This document shows positions 37,593 through 49,205 of a stretch of 63,370 nucleotides of DNA, piece by piece. A model generated the notes under the pieces. The model was not told the DNA's origin. It saw nothing but the letters and a program-made list of their open reading frames with translations, and did no database searches. The first letter of the stretch is position 1; every line of letters starts with the position of its first letter. The position numbers were made by a program, and so were the translations under genes. The DNA is from Candidatus Omnitrophota bacterium (GTDB lineage: Bacteria; Omnitrophota; Omnitrophia; Omnitrophales; Aquincolibacteriaceae), in contig JAZDJU010000010.1 in the NCBI GenBank assembly GCA_043803685.1, forward strand, positions 1-63,370. Direction: 5' to 3'.

Positions 37593-38192
37593 ATGGAGAA
37601 CAGTGCCAGACTTCGGGGATTTATGGAACGATTAGGGTCTTTGGATTCTCTGAATATCCGCGAAAAGAAACATTACTCCCATATGCCGGAGCACTGGAAA
37701 CTCCAGCCGTTCTGTTGTTTTTCGGACATTTCGGAGGAGGAGATCTATTACATGACCTCCGAAGATCCTGGGGTCTCCAACCTGGAGGTGTTTCGCAAGT
37801 CTCGCGCGTTCTCCCTTTATCTTCTTAACAAGAAAGGGGAACAGATCTTTTCCTTTGAAAAGCACACCGGATTATTTTCCGACAAATTAGAGGTTTTTGA
37901 CGCGTCTGAAGATCTCCTGGGTTATGTTGAGAAACAGAAAACGCATTTCAAGATCTTGGATGCCGGCGGCCATGTGGTGGATGTCATTGAAGCTTCTCCC
38001 GAGGATCCCGAGACTTTTTATATCCGGAAAGGGACTGCGGTGGTGGGGAAGCTCAGCAGGCGGCCGTGCCGGCTCGCCGAAGAGGATATCCCCAAACGGG
38101 ACCATTTTGGCATTGTGTTTCCCTTTGATGCGGACACGCCGGAGAAAGGCGTCCTTATCGGAGCGCTTTTCCTGATCGATCTGATGTTCTAG
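37593..38192 (+). CDS. Scramblase/LURP-one (Tubby C-terminal-like) family protein
   Basis: LEVFD...LLGYV, F.I.D, and C-terminal DHFGIVFP..D...K.VLIGA.FLIDLMF. Confidence 0.65.
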   Translation: MENSARLRGFMERLGSLDSLNIREKKHYSHMPEHWKLQPFCCFSDISEEEIYYMTSEDPGVSNLEVFRKSRAFSLYLLNKKGEQIFSFEKHTGLFSDKLEVFDASEDLLGYVEKQKTHFKILDAGGHVVDVIEASPEDPETFYIRKGTAVVGKLSRRPCRLAEEDIPKRDHFGIVFPFDADTPEKGVLIGALFLIDLMF

Positions 38193-38236
38193 TTAGAATG
38201 CCGGTGCGGAATGTGCGGCGAAAAAGGGAGGTGTCC

Positions 38237-39886
38237 ATGAAAGAACAGTCCCATCCGGAGCTGCCGGTGAAGATACTTCTTGTGGATGACGATCCTGATT
38301 TTACAAAGGTTTTTCAGATCTCCTTACGGGGGGAAAAGAGGACTTTTTTTTCGATTGAAACGGCTTCGTCGCTTCAGTCCGCCCTGGAAATGCTCGGGAC
38401 CCAAGTCTTTCAACTGGTCCTTTTGGATCTGGGACTTCCCGATAGCCAGGGATTGCAGACCTTCGAAAGGATCGCGGCGGCTCATCCCGAGATCGCCTGC
38501 GTGATCTTGAGCGGCACTGACGATGAAACCCTCTCCCTTGAAGCGGTGAAGAAGGGGGCCCAGGACTATGTGGTGAAGGGGGAGTTTCGCGTGGCGATGA
38601 TCTCCCGGATCCTTTCTTACGCTCTGGAGCGACATCAGCAGAAAAAAAAGATGGAAGAGTTGAACGCGCGACTCGAAAGACTTTCTCTCGCGGATCCTCT
38701 GACACAGCTCTTCAATCGCCGTGGTCTCCAGCGCATGCTTTCCCGGGAAATTGAGATCTCCGGACGCGAGGGAACGAACCTCTCCGTGATCCTCTTGGAC
38801 CTGGATAATTTCAAAGTGATCAACGATTCGTTGGGGCATGCGGTCGGCGATATCGTCCTTCAGGAGATCTCCAAGGTCTTGAAGAATACCGTTCGTGTGA
38901 CCGACTATGTGTCTCGCGTTGGCGGGGACGAATTCATCATCCTGCTTCCGAACACCCGGTTGGTCGAAGGCGTTCATTTTTCGGAGAGGATACGGCTTGC
39001 CATGTGCCAAACTCCTGTGGTCGTCGCCGGAGGACACATGGTTAAAATAACGGCCAGTTTTGGCGTTCTGAGCGTGAGCCGAAGGATGGCGTCTGTCGAT
39101 GCGCTCCTTGAGGAGACCCATGCGGCCCTTGCGAAAAGCAAACAAGCCGGGAAGAACCGGGTGAGCGCCGGGGAGGGTTGGGAACCGCGGACCGATAACG
39201 TCGCGGATTCGCTCCGGTCGGGGGGGTGTTTTCGATCGGTGAAGCAATCGATCATGGATCTTCAAACGGAAAAAGCGATCGGCTATGAGTTCCTCGCGCG
39301 TACCAATATCGCCGGTTTTGAAATGCCCGGGGAGTTTTTTGGTTTCAGCATGGAGAACAATATTCTTTCGGTCGTGGACCAGAAGTGTTTAGAGGTCGCG
39401 CTTACCGCCGCGAGAGAGGTCCAGCCGGCGTCTGAAAAACACGTGAATCTTTTTCCCTCAACGATGACAGAACTTCAGCCGGAACAATTTTCCAGGCTCT
39501 TTCCGCCGGTCAGTCTTTGCGGCGCCTATTGCGTCGAAGTGAGCGAACAGCAGATCCTGGGAGATCCCTCGTATCTTGTGCACGTCGTTCAGGAGTTGAA
39601 AAGAAGAAAGATCGGAGTGGCGATCGATGATGTGGGGTTTGGCCGGAGCTGTCTCGAAAGTCTGATCGTTCTTCAGCCGGATGTGATCAAGATCGACAAA
39701 CGGCTTGTCCACAATATCAGTCACGATAAAAGTCAGAAAGAAACACTTAGGAGACTCTTATCCGTGGTCGAAAGTCTTAACGCCAGAATCATCGCCGAAG
39801 GGATCGAGACCCGTGAAGATCTCGAAACTTTAAAAGAGTTGGGCGTTCCCTACGGGCAAGGGTTCTTGTGGGGACAACCCGCTTGA
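38237..39886 (+). CDS. Response regulator with REC-GGDEF-EAL domains
   Basis: ILLVDDD and LLDLGLPD. DLDNFK, RxxD I-site, GGDEF. EFL (EAL variant), DDVGFG, IKID, AEGIET, GQGF. Confidence 0.93.
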   Translation: MKEQSHPELPVKILLVDDDPDFTKVFQISLRGEKRTFFSIETASSLQSALEMLGTQVFQLVLLDLGLPDSQGLQTFERIAAAHPEIACVILSGTDDETLSLEAVKKGAQDYVVKGEFRVAMISRILSYALERHQQKKKMEELNARLERLSLADPLTQLFNRRGLQRMLSREIEISGREGTNLSVILLDLDNFKVINDSLGHAVGDIVLQEISKVLKNTVRVTDYVSRVGGDEFIILLPNTRLVEGVHFSERIRLAMCQTPVVVAGGHMVKITASFGVLSVSRRMASVDALLEETHAALAKSKQAGKNRVSAGEGWEPRTDNVADSLRSGGCFRSVKQSIMDLQTEKAIGYEFLARTNIAGFEMPGEFFGFSMENNILSVVDQKCLEVALTAAREVQPASEKHVNLFPSTMTELQPEQFSRLFPPVSLCGAYCVEVSEQQILGDPSYLVHVVQELKRRKIGVAIDDVGFGRSCLESLIVLQPDVIKIDKRLVHNISHDKSQKETLRRLLSVVESLNARIIAEGIETREDLETLKELGVPYGQGFLWGQPA

Positions 39887-39938
39887 TGGGGACTGGCAGG
39901 AGTCCTATTTATGAGAAAACAACGAGAGGCTTTCTAAG

Positions 39939-42455
39939 ATGCAGAGCGACATAGAAGAAAATGCCAGACTTGTGGAAAAAAAATCCTTGATCCCCAAAAA
40001 GGGGAAGCTTTTGTTTTGTGCCGTGGTGTTGGGCTTGATCTTTTTGATCGGTTTTTTTTACTATCGTTCGGAATGGGTCCAGGCCGAGCAGGAGAGGGCG
40101 AGGGAACTTGCGGCGATCGGACAGCTGAAAGTCGAACAATTGCTTCAATGGCGCAAGGAGAGGTCCGATGATATTGTTCATCTCTCGGGATCGGCGGCGG
40201 TAAAACAGTGGGTCCGGGAATGGTTCCGCCAACCTGAGGCTGCTGCGACAGGCGAACTTCTTCTCGAACGGCTAAAACTCGAAACGGATTCCAGATTTTA
40301 TGTTCAAGCTCTTTTTACGGACGATGAAAAACACGTTCTGCTCTCATCCCCGAAAGATCCTGATCTGGGGCCTGCAAGTTGGGAAGCGATCCATAAGGCA
40401 TGGGACAGCCCCGTTCCGGTCTTCGGGGATTTGCGTCACGCTGCTTCTGGAGGCATCTATCAGGATATTGCCATGGCTCTCCTGGATGATTCCGGCCGGT
40501 CGTTGCTCGTTGTGGTTTTCACCGTGGACATCAAAGAATCTCTTTTTCCGATCATGCAGACCTGGCCCGCTGCCAGCCAGACCGCGGAAACGATCCTGGT
40601 CACTCGGGATGGGGAGGAAGTTCTCTATCTGAACGAATTAAGACATCAGACAAATACGGCGTTGACCCTGCGTTTTCCTGTTTCTAAAGGTGAAATGCCG
40701 TCCGTCCAGGCGGTGCTGGGCAAGACGGGCGACTTTGTGGGACGGAGTTATCGCGGGAAAGAGGTGATAGCCGATCTTCGTCCGGTTCCGGGGACACCCT
40801 GGTATCTGATAAATCAGGAAGAGCTTTCGGAGACCTTGGGGGAGGTTCAGCGGCACGTTCTCTGGGTTTTCGGGGTAGGGGTTCTGCTGCTTCTTGGTGC
40901 TCTGGGACTTATGGGGCTCTTGTCCAGGATGGCTCGTTTGGAAATACGCAAACGTGCGGGCGAAGAAATGGAGGGTCTTTGTCAACAGAACAAACTTATT
41001 TTAGATTCAGCAGAGGAAGGGATCCTCGGGTTGAATTTAGACGGAAAGCATACATTCGTGAATCCGAGTGCGGCGAAAATGCTCGGTTATAATGTGGAAG
41101 AGCTTCTCGGTGCCCCCAGCCACAGTCTCTGGCATCATACCCGGATCGACGGAACTTCCTATCCCAAGGAGAAGTGTCAGATCTATGCGGCTTACCATGA
41201 TGGAACCGTGCACGGCTCTACCGAGGAGGTGTTCTGGCGAAAGAATGGCACGAGCTTTCCCGTGGAGTACAAGAGTACCCCCATTTATGATGCGGGGCAA
41301 CTTGCGGGTGCGGTGGTGACCTTCTCCGATATCACCGAGCGGAAACGTTTGGAAAAAGAATTGGCACAAACCAAAGAAGTGCAGTTCAGGACTCTTTTGA
41401 GTATTCTCCCGGCGAAGGTATTCCTTAAAAACAAGCATTCCGTTTATCTGTCCTGTAACGAAAACTACGCAAATGATCTCGGGATCAAGACGGAGGATAT
41501 CGCGGGCAAAACCGACCGTGATTTTTTCCCTGAGGCCCTGGCCGAAAAACGGATGGCGGACGATAAACGGGTAATGGACTCCGGGAAAACCGAGAGCCGG
41601 GAAGAGGAATACTCTGTGCTGAAGGGCTCCAAAACATCTTATATCCAGAGCGTCAAGGCGCCTATTTTGGACAAGTCAGGCCATGCGACGGGTCTCTTCG
41701 GTCTTTTCTGGGATATTACCGAACAAAGGATGCTCGGAGTGGAAAAAGACCGGGTGAAGGCCCTGGCGTCAGTCGCGGAGACCAAAACCAAGTTCGCATC
41801 AACGGTTTCCCACGAACTCCGAAGCCCCATTGCCGTGATCATCGCCGCGTTGGATATCGCCCTGGATGGCCTGACCGGCGAAGTGAACGGTGAGCTTAAA
41901 GAAATATTGAGCGTGGCAAAGAGAAATAGTGAGCGTTTGATCTTTCTGGTCGGGAACGTACTAGATTTTCAAAAAATGGAATCGGGAAAGATGCATTATG
42001 ATCTTCAGAAGAACGACCTGAAAAAAGCGGTTCTGGAGATCCAGACGAATCTGGAGGTCCTCTCCAAGAAAAAGGGATTGGAGCTCAAGACGGAGTTTGG
42101 GGAGGATCTTCCCGAGGTAAGATTTGACCGGGGAAAAGTGATCCAGGTGCTTTCGAATCTGGTCAACAATGCGATCCGGCATGCGCATACGGGATCCATC
42201 CTTATTACCGCCCGCAAGGAAGAGGGCGCGATCCACGTTCAGGTGAGGGATGGCGGGAGCGGCATTTCGCCCCAGGATATCCCCAAGCTTTTCCAGCCTT
42301 TTGAACAGGTGGGGGATCACAAGAACAGGGAAAAGGGCGGGACGGGGCTGGGCCTGGCGATCTCCAAAGAGATCATTCTCGCGCATCAAGGGAAAATCTG
42401 GGCGGAGTCCGAACTCGGGAAGGGAACCGTCTTCCATTTCACGTTGCCCTTGTAG
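39939..42455 (+). CDS. Membrane sensor histidine kinase (Cache-like, two PAS, HisKA, HATPase)
   Basis: Two TM helices, PAS/PAC ends DITERK and DITEQ, SHELRSP, NLVNNA, DGGSGI, GTGLGL. Confidence 0.95.
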   Translation: MQSDIEENARLVEKKSLIPKKGKLLFCAVVLGLIFLIGFFYYRSEWVQAEQERARELAAIGQLKVEQLLQWRKERSDDIVHLSGSAAVKQWVREWFRQPEAAATGELLLERLKLETDSRFYVQALFTDDEKHVLLSSPKDPDLGPASWEAIHKAWDSPVPVFGDLRHAASGGIYQDIAMALLDDSGRSLLVVVFTVDIKESLFPIMQTWPAASQTAETILVTRDGEEVLYLNELRHQTNTALTLRFPVSKGEMPSVQAVLGKTGDFVGRSYRGKEVIADLRPVPGTPWYLINQEELSETLGEVQRHVLWVFGVGVLLLLGALGLMGLLSRMARLEIRKRAGEEMEGLCQQNKLILDSAEEGILGLNLDGKHTFVNPSAAKMLGYNVEELLGAPSHSLWHHTRIDGTSYPKEKCQIYAAYHDGTVHGSTEEVFWRKNGTSFPVEYKSTPIYDAGQLAGAVVTFSDITERKRLEKELAQTKEVQFRTLLSILPAKVFLKNKHSVYLSCNENYANDLGIKTEDIAGKTDRDFFPEALAEKRMADDKRVMDSGKTESREEEYSVLKGSKTSYIQSVKAPILDKSGHATGLFGLFWDITEQRMLGVEKDRVKALASVAETKTKFASTVSHELRSPIAVIIAALDIALDGLTGEVNGELKEILSVAKRNSERLIFLVGNVLDFQKMESGKMHYDLQKNDLKKAVLEIQTNLEVLSKKKGLELKTEFGEDLPEVRFDRGKVIQVLSNLVNNAIRHAHTGSILITARKEEGAIHVQVRDGGSGISPQDIPKLFQPFEQVGDHKNREKGGTGLGLAISKEIILAHQGKIWAESELGKGTVFHFTLPL

Positions 42456-42472
42456 AAAAGGCGAACTTTTTT

Positions 42473-42835
42473 ATGCTGAAAAAAATACTCGTAGTCGACG
42501 ACGAAGCGGACCTGCTGATGGTCACGATGTTCAGGTTAAAGCACATGGGATACGAGATATTTGGCGCTACGGACGGTCAGGAGGCTCTTGACGCGGTCCG
42601 GAAAAAATCCCCGGATCTGATCATTATGGATGTTTTTCTTCCTGGAATGAACGGCGATGAAGTCGCCAAGATCCTGAAAAAGGATAAAAAAACAAAGCGC
42701 ATTCCGGTCATTCTGATCTCCGCGGATATCCGGTCTCTCCAGGAAAAGGCCGCGGCGTGCGGGGCGGAGGGTTATCTCACAAAACCTTTCCACTCCAGCG
42801 AATTGGTCGACCTGGTCCAGAAGCACATCGGATAA
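42473..42835 (+). CDS. Single-domain response regulator
   Basis: ILVVDDE, DLIIMD, LTKPF. Confidence 0.94.
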   Translation: MLKKILVVDDEADLLMVTMFRLKHMGYEIFGATDGQEALDAVRKKSPDLIIMDVFLPGMNGDEVAKILKKDKKTKRIPVILISADIRSLQEKAAACGAEGYLTKPFHSSELVDLVQKHIG

Positions 42836-42960
42836 GAAAAAAGCTCACCGCTTTCAGCCTTTCTGTTTACGTACCTTCCTCTCTGAAATGGCCCTGTTTC
42901 CTCAAAGAGATATGTTTTCGCGGCGCCTTGCTGCGTGGATCCCTTCAATGAAAGCCAGCG

Positions 42961-43842
42961 TTAAATGGGCGGGAAGATCTTTTTGAAGGGGGCGGGGAGC
43001 GCCGAACGAAAAGTCTTGAGCCCGCCGGTGACCGGATGGGGGAATGAAAGGAAACAGGCGTGGAGCGCCAGGCGGCGGAAGGGGTCGGACTTGGCGCCGT
43101 ATTTCTCATCCCCCATGATGGGACATCCCAGGCCGGAGAGATGAACACGGATCTGGTTCTTGCGGCCCGTTTCGAGCGTGACTTCCAGAAGCGCGTAACC
43201 CCCGTTTTCGCGGAGCACCCGGTAATGGGTGACAGCGTGTTGAGCCTCTGGATGGTTCGCGGGAACGCTATAAACCCGTTTGAAAGCGTCTTCCCGGAGA
43301 TAATTTTCGATCGTTCCCGCAGTTTCCTTCGGAGTTCCTTCCGTGATCGCGTAATATTTCTTGATGACGCGTTCCCAGTGGCTCTGGAGCGTGCGCTTGA
43401 TGGCATCGCTTTTCGCGAAAACGATCAGCCCTGACGCGTCCCGGTCCAGGCGATGCACGATATAAACACGTCCCCGTTCGTCAGGGGTCTTGGAACGCTC
43501 GTATTCATTGAGCTTGAAATATAGCGTCGCTTCTTTTTCACGTTCGGTTCCCATGGTCAGAAGTCCCGCCGGTTTTTCCACCACCAGGATGTCGCTATCT
43601 TCATGAACGATCTTGAGGCCGAGCTCTGTTTTAGAGCGTTCCACGGAAGCGCGTTCTTTGCCAAGGATCTCGATCGTGTCGCCCGGCTTCAAGGGGTGCT
43701 GGTACCAGGTAACCTCGCGACCGTTGACATGGACGGAACCGAATTTCAGGATCTGCCGGATCTTCGTTTTTTTGAGGTCTTTGAGCGCCGTGAAAAGAAA
43801 ATCCTGAAGAAGTTGTTTTTCCGGGACCGTGAAGCGGCGCAC
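42961..43842 (-). CDS. RluA-family pseudouridine synthase
   Basis: KPAGLL, VHRLDRDASG, TGRKNQIRVH, LHA. Confidence 0.95.
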   Translation of the reverse strand: MRRFTVPEKQLLQDFLFTALKDLKKTKIRQILKFGSVHVNGREVTWYQHPLKPGDTIEILGKERASVERSKTELGLKIVHEDSDILVVEKPAGLLTMGTEREKEATLYFKLNEYERSKTPDERGRVYIVHRLDRDASGLIVFAKSDAIKRTLQSHWERVIKKYYAITEGTPKETAGTIENYLREDAFKRVYSVPANHPEAQHAVTHYRVLRENGGYALLEVTLETGRKNQIRVHLSGLGCPIMGDEKYGAKSDPFRRLALHACFLSFPHPVTGGLKTFRSALPAPFKKIFPPI

Positions 43843-43845
43843 GGA

Positions 43846-45252
43846 TTAGACCAGGATGCGGGTGATGAAAAAGCCGGGGAAAATGCCCAGGGCCAACACG
43901 CCCAGGAACAGGATCCAGAGAGTCACGGACAGAGCTCTGGAAGGAGATGGAAAGGCTGGTCCTGTCGGAGGCGTCAGGTACATGAGACGGATGACCCGGA
44001 AGTAATAGTAGGCCGCGATCACGCTATTGACCGCCGCGATGATCGAAAGTGTGAAAAGTTTCGCATGGATGGCCGCCGCGAACACGTAGTATTTTCCGAT
44101 GAAACCCGCGAGCGGCGGAAGCCCGGCCAGGGAAAGAAGGAAGACGGTGAGCATGGCCGCGGCCACAGGCGAGCGTTGGGAAAGTCCGGAGTAGCTCTCC
44201 AGAGAGCTGTTCCGGGTCTCGCCCTCGACAAAGAGAACGACGGCAAAGGCTCCAAGGTTCGTTAAAAGATAAGTAAGAAGATAGATCAGGACCGCGCTAC
44301 GTCCCAGGATGGAGAACGCCGCGAGGCCCATGAGGATATAACCCGCCTGCGCGATGCTTGAATAGGCCAGGAATCGTTTGATGTTCGACTGGGACACGGC
44401 CGTGATGTTGCCGAGGGTCATCGTCAAGATCGAGAAGACCACAAGCATGGGGCTCCATATGCTGTAAAAATTCAGGAAGATCATGTCGAGTACGCGCGTC
44501 AAGACCGCGAATCCGAGCGCTTTGGGAGCGACGGTGAGGAAGGCCGTGACCGGGGTCGGAGCGCCTTCATAAACGTCCGGTGCCCACATATGAAAAGGCG
44601 CCATGGAAATCTTGAAACCCAGTCCGACAAAAAAGAAAAGAACGGATACGATCGCCAGAGGTTTGAACGGCGCGTAAAAGAGAGCATTCCCGATCACCGG
44701 GAGCTCGAGCGACCCGGCAATACCGTAAAGGAGGGACATGCCGTAAAGCATGATCCCCGAGCACACACTTCCGAAGAGGAGATATTTGACAGCGGCTTCC
44801 TTGGACTTCGGGTCGTTCTTCAGGAATCCCACAAGAAGGTACGAGAGCAGGGAAACGAATTCAATACTCATAAAGATCATGAGTAGGTTATTGGCCGCAG
44901 CGACCGTGATGAGGGCGAAAGCCATGAAAAGGAAAAGGCCGTAGAATTCGCCGTCATAGCGGTTCTTGAGCGGGGCGTAACCGAGTGAGATCATAAGCGT
45001 GATCCCCACAGCTCCCAGCGCGAGGTAGCGGAAAAAATGCGCGAAGGCATCCAGTTGGAACATGCCGAAAAAAAGTGGCAAGGGTTTCACGGGGGCTTGT
45101 ACGAGACACAAGGCGAGCACGATCACAAGCAGGGCGAATTCCCCGACGAGTTTCTTCTGTTTCAGAAAGAAATCCATCGTAAAGGCGACAAATGCGCCGC
45201 CCAGAAGAACCAGTTCCGGGATGAAATATTTTAAACTTTCAACAGCGTTCAT
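43846..45252 (-). CDS. nuoN: Complex I subunit N
   Basis: EAAVKY, FKISMAPFHMWAPDVYEGAP, KRFLAYSSI. Confidence 0.95.
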   Translation of the reverse strand: MNAVESLKYFIPELVLLGGAFVAFTMDFFLKQKKLVGEFALLVIVLALCLVQAPVKPLPLFFGMFQLDAFAHFFRYLALGAVGITLMISLGYAPLKNRYDGEFYGLFLFMAFALITVAAANNLLMIFMSIEFVSLLSYLLVGFLKNDPKSKEAAVKYLLFGSVCSGIMLYGMSLLYGIAGSLELPVIGNALFYAPFKPLAIVSVLFFFVGLGFKISMAPFHMWAPDVYEGAPTPVTAFLTVAPKALGFAVLTRVLDMIFLNFYSIWSPMLVVFSILTMTLGNITAVSQSNIKRFLAYSSIAQAGYILMGLAAFSILGRSAVLIYLLTYLLTNLGAFAVVLFVEGETRNSSLESYSGLSQRSPVAAAMLTVFLLSLAGLPPLAGFIGKYYVFAAAIHAKLFTLSIIAAVNSVIAAYYYFRVIRLMYLTPPTGPAFPSPSRALSVTLWILFLGVLALGIFPGFFITRILV

Positions 45253-45271
45253 TTTCTATCTCGATTTTTAT

Positions 45272-45352
45272 GTCATTCCCGCGGAAGCGGGAATCCAGAC
45301 TGGATCCCCGATAACCCTAAAGGGCTACTTCGCTGAAGCATTCGTGGATGAC
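45272..45352. repeat. REP-like element, dRS3-like core, second copy
   Basis: gtcattcccgcggaagcgggaatccag-ac-tggatccccg...ggatgac. Confidence 0.75.
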
Positions 45353-45379
45353 GATTTTTGAACTTGTTTTGGAGGCCAT

Positions 45380-46858
45380 TTACCCAACCTTGATTGTTTT
45401 AAGTAAAGCATCGAGCGTCGGGATCATGTAATCCAGGATGATCCTCGGATAAAGACCGATTCCGAGGATGAGGACCATGAGCGGGACGAGCGTGAGAATC
45501 TCCCGGAAATTGATGTCCGTAAGAGAGTCCCACTTTGGATTGAATTTTCCAAGCAGGACGCGTTGGATCATATAGAGAAGATAAGCCGCCGCGAGAATGA
45601 TCCCGATCGTGGAGAGTCCGGTGACGACCTTGGAATATTGATAAGAGCCTAGGAGCGCCAGGAATTCGCTGATGAATCCGGAAAGACCCGGAAGCCCGAG
45701 CGATGCGAGCGCGAAAAAGATCAGAAACCCCGAATAAGCCGGTACTTTTGCGCCGAGCCCTCCGAAATCGTTCAGGTCACGGGAATGAGCTCGGTCATAA
45801 AGAACGCCGACCAGCAAGAAGAGCCCGCCCGTGATGGTTCCGTGCGTGAACATCTGGAGCATGGCTCCGCGGAAACCGTTCGCGTTCAGGGCCGCGAGGC
45901 CGAGAAGGACAAATCCCATGTGACTCACGCTCGAGTAGGCGACCATTTTCTTGAAATCCGTTTGCGCGAGGGCCACAAAACCACCGTACACGATCCCGAT
46001 GATGGCCAGGACCGCCATCGCCGGTTGGAACCAATGCGTGGCTTCCGGGAAAAGAGGATAGCTGAAACGGAAAAATCCGTAGGTGCCCATCTTAAGGAGG
46101 ACGCCCGCGAGGATCACGCTGATCGGCGTTGGAGCTTCCACGTGCGCGTCCGGCAGCCAGGTGTGGAACGGGAAGATCGGCACCTTGATCGCAAAGCCGA
46201 GAAAGAACGCCATGAAAACGACCTGTTGGAAAAGAAGGCTCCGGGGCATGCCGACCAGCAGGGTCATGTCGAAGGTGCGCGGCGCGGCGGCGAAATAAAC
46301 GCCAAGGATCCCGAGGAGCATAAAAAGACTGCCCGCAAGCGTGTACAGGAAAAACTTGATCGCGGCATACTCGCGGCGCGGCCCGCCCCAGATCCCGATC
46401 AGGAAATACATGGGGACTAGCACGACTTCCCAAAGGACATAAAAAAGGAAAAGGTCCAGAGCGAGGAACGTTCCCATCATGCCGGTCTCAAGCAGGAGAT
46501 ACAAGAAGTAATATTCCTTTTCGCGGCCGTCTTTCACGCGGACGTGGGGGAAGGAAGCGAGGCACGCGATGAGGGAAATGATCGCTGTGAGGAACACCAT
46601 GGGAAAGCTGATCCCGTCCGTCCCGAGAAGGTATTGCACGCCGAACTGCGGGATCCAGGACGCGCGTTCCATCATCTGGAAGCCGGCTTGCGCGGGTTGG
46701 AAGATGGTCAGAGCGTAACAGGCGAGCGCCATGACGACGCCGGTGGTGGCGAGCGCGATCCACTTGATCGAAGACGCGGCGCTTTTAGGCACGAACAAGA
46801 TCGCGAAGGCGCCGATCAAGGGCGTAAAGATGATCCAGGAAAGAAGATGCGATGTCAT
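45380..46858 (-). CDS. nuoM: Complex I subunit M
   Basis: AAIKFFLYT, PFHTWLPDAHVEAP, AYSSVSHMG. Confidence 0.95.
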   Translation of the reverse strand: MTSHLLSWIIFTPLIGAFAILFVPKSAASSIKWIALATTGVVMALACYALTIFQPAQAGFQMMERASWIPQFGVQYLLGTDGISFPMVFLTAIISLIACLASFPHVRVKDGREKEYYFLYLLLETGMMGTFLALDLFLFYVLWEVVLVPMYFLIGIWGGPRREYAAIKFFLYTLAGSLFMLLGILGVYFAAAPRTFDMTLLVGMPRSLLFQQVVFMAFFLGFAIKVPIFPFHTWLPDAHVEAPTPISVILAGVLLKMGTYGFFRFSYPLFPEATHWFQPAMAVLAIIGIVYGGFVALAQTDFKKMVAYSSVSHMGFVLLGLAALNANGFRGAMLQMFTHGTITGGLFLLVGVLYDRAHSRDLNDFGGLGAKVPAYSGFLIFFALASLGLPGLSGFISEFLALLGSYQYSKVVTGLSTIGIILAAAYLLYMIQRVLLGKFNPKWDSLTDINFREILTLVPLMVLILGIGLYPRIILDYMIPTLDALLKTIKVG

Positions 46859-46950
46859 AATGACTCCTTTTGAGTTCGGAGTTTAGAGCGGGGAGTTTGG
46901 AGTAAAAGCTTTTGGCTCTATCTCCCGACTCCGAACTACAGGCTCCGAAC

Positions 46951-48897
46951 TTATGCTAGTTTCAATTCCCAAATGAGAAAAACCATCAATACAAGAAACA
47001 CCAACAGTAAGTAATTCTGCACCAATCCCGTCTGAAGGCGCTTGGTGATCGAATTTAAAAAATGGACCAGCGTCCCCATGAAGTTCACGAGGGCATCCAC
47101 GATGTAAGTGTCGATCCATTGTTTCACGCCGCTTAGGAACATCGTTCCTCGTCCCGCGCTGTTCACGGCGCCGTCGATCACCGCCGCGTCAAAGCCGAAC
47201 AGAACCCGGCCGAGCGCGACGAAAGGTCTGATGATGTAAGTGGAGTAGAGTTCATCGAGATAGAATTTGTTGAACGACAGGCGGTAGAGGACAGGGAAGG
47301 TCTTTGCGACGGCTCCCGCCCAGTGTTTTTGCTTCAGATACATGATCCCGGCGAGTGTGATCCCGAGAACTGCTACGGCGATCGAGCAGGCCATGACGAA
47401 AGCGGAAGGCTCATATTCCGGATGATGGACCATGTGCGCCATAAATTGTTGGAACCAGTGATGCATGAAAGGAGACCCGGGGATACCGATCACGGCGGAG
47501 CCTATCGCCAGACACCAGAGCGGCACGGTCATGAGGGCCGGGGATTCATGGGCATGGACCTTGGCGTTCCGGGCCGCGCCAAAAAAGGTCAGGAAAATAA
47601 GACGGAACATATAGAAGGCGGTCATGAAAGCCGTGAGAAGGAGAATGCCGAAGACCCAGAAATGGCCGGACCCAAAGGCCGCGAGCAGGATCTCGTCTTT
47701 GGACCAGAATCCGGAAAGCGGTGGGACGCCGGCAAGGGCCAGACTTGCGATGATGAAGGTGACCGCGGTGTGCGGCATTTTCTTGAAAAGTCCGCCCATC
47801 TCACGGATGTCCTGGACATGCGTTCCGTGGATCACGCTTCCGGCGCCGAGGAAGAGCAGGGCTTTGAAAAAGGCGTGCGTGATGAGATGGAACGTTCCCG
47901 CGCCAAGCCCCGAAAGCCCGAGCGCGGTCACCATATAGCCGAGTTGTGAGATCGTGGAATAAGCGAGAACGCGTTTGATATCGTTCTGGGTTAGCGCGAT
48001 AAAGGCGGCCATGAACGAGGTGATCGTTCCAATCGCGATCACGACCGGAAGAACATTCGGGATGGCCATGAAAAGGGTGAAAGACCGCGCGACAAGGAAA
48101 ACGCCGGCTGCCACCATCGTCGCGGCATGGATGAGCGCGCTGACAGGTGTCGGGCCTTCCATGGCGTCCGGCAACCAAACGTGCAAAGGGAACTGCGCGG
48201 ACTTTCCGATCGTACCGCAAAAAATGAGGAGCGCCGCGACCGAAAGGAGGCCCGTGTTCAAAGCTGTGTGAGCAACGTGGGCTCCCGTAAAGATCGTATT
48301 CATCTCCGAGAAATTCAACGTGCCGATCGCTGAGAAAAGCGTGAGAAAACCGAGGAGAAAACCGACATCGCCGACGCGTGTCGTGAGAAATGCCTTCAGG
48401 GAGGCGTTCGCCGCCGAGGGCTTCTCGAAGTAAAAACCGATCAAAAGATAGGAACAGAGTCCCATGATCTCCCACGCCATGAAGAAGAGGAGGTAATTGT
48501 CCGAAACGACGAGCGTGAGCATGGCGGACATAAAGAGAGAAACATACGCGAAGAACCGGCTGTAGCGCGGATCGCCGTGCATGTAGCCTGAGGCGTAGAC
48601 CTGGATGAGCGTGCCAACGATCGTGACCATGAAAAGGAGCGTCGCGGAAAGAGGGTCCATCAAGTAGCCGAACTTCAGCGGCGTCGTGCCGAGCATAAGC
48701 CAGGTCCCTTGATGAGCGAAATGCGCGCCCTGAAAGACCGCCCAACAGACCGGTAGCGAGATCGCGCAGGCGAGAGCGCTCGTAGCGATAGAACACAAAG
48801 CCGCGCGTTCCTTGAGCCAGCGGCCGGCCAGGATATTTGCCACAAAGGCTATAAAGGGCAAAAGAGGTACGAGGAAGATCTGATCGGCGGTTACCAT
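46951..48897 (-). CDS. nuoL: Complex I subunit L
   Basis: [42 protein letters not shown]. Confidence 0.96.
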   Translation of the reverse strand: MVTADQIFLVPLLPFIAFVANILAGRWLKERAALCSIATSALACAISLPVCWAVFQGAHFAHQGTWLMLGTTPLKFGYLMDPLSATLLFMVTIVGTLIQVYASGYMHGDPRYSRFFAYVSLFMSAMLTLVVSDNYLLFFMAWEIMGLCSYLLIGFYFEKPSAANASLKAFLTTRVGDVGFLLGFLTLFSAIGTLNFSEMNTIFTGAHVAHTALNTGLLSVAALLIFCGTIGKSAQFPLHVWLPDAMEGPTPVSALIHAATMVAAGVFLVARSFTLFMAIPNVLPVVIAIGTITSFMAAFIALTQNDIKRVLAYSTISQLGYMVTALGLSGLGAGTFHLITHAFFKALLFLGAGSVIHGTHVQDIREMGGLFKKMPHTAVTFIIASLALAGVPPLSGFWSKDEILLAAFGSGHFWVFGILLLTAFMTAFYMFRLIFLTFFGAARNAKVHAHESPALMTVPLWCLAIGSAVIGIPGSPFMHHWFQQFMAHMVHHPEYEPSAFVMACSIAVAVLGITLAGIMYLKQKHWAGAVAKTFPVLYRLSFNKFYLDELYSTYIIRPFVALGRVLFGFDAAVIDGAVNSAGRGTMFLSGVKQWIDTYIVDALVNFMGTLVHFLNSITKRLQTGLVQNYLLLVFLVLMVFLIWELKLA

Positions 48898-49205
48898 TTC
48901 AGTAAATGGACCTCATCGGCTTGAACGGTTTTCCGGACCCGGTAAAGGGCGAGTACGATGGCGAGTCCCACGGCGGCCGCGGCTGCGGCGATCGCGATCA
49001 CAAAAAGAGCGAAGATCTGTCCCGTTTCGGGGGAAAGCGACGTGTATTTCGAGAACGCGATCAAATTGATATTGGCGGCGTTCAGCATGAGCTCGATTGA
49101 GATCAAAATGCCGATGATGTTCCGCCGCACAAGTGCGCCGTAAACACCGATCGCGAAAAGGAACAAGGAAAAGACGAGGATGTGAGAGAGAGGAAGGAGG
49201 GTCAT
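48891..49205 (-). CDS. nuoK: Complex I subunit K
   Basis: [21 protein letters not shown]. Confidence 0.93.
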   Translation of the reverse strand: MTLLPLSHILVFSLFLFAIGVYGALVRRNIIGILISIELMLNAANINLIAFSKYTSLSPETGQIFALFVIAIAAAAAAVGLAIVLALYRVRKTVQADEVHLLKW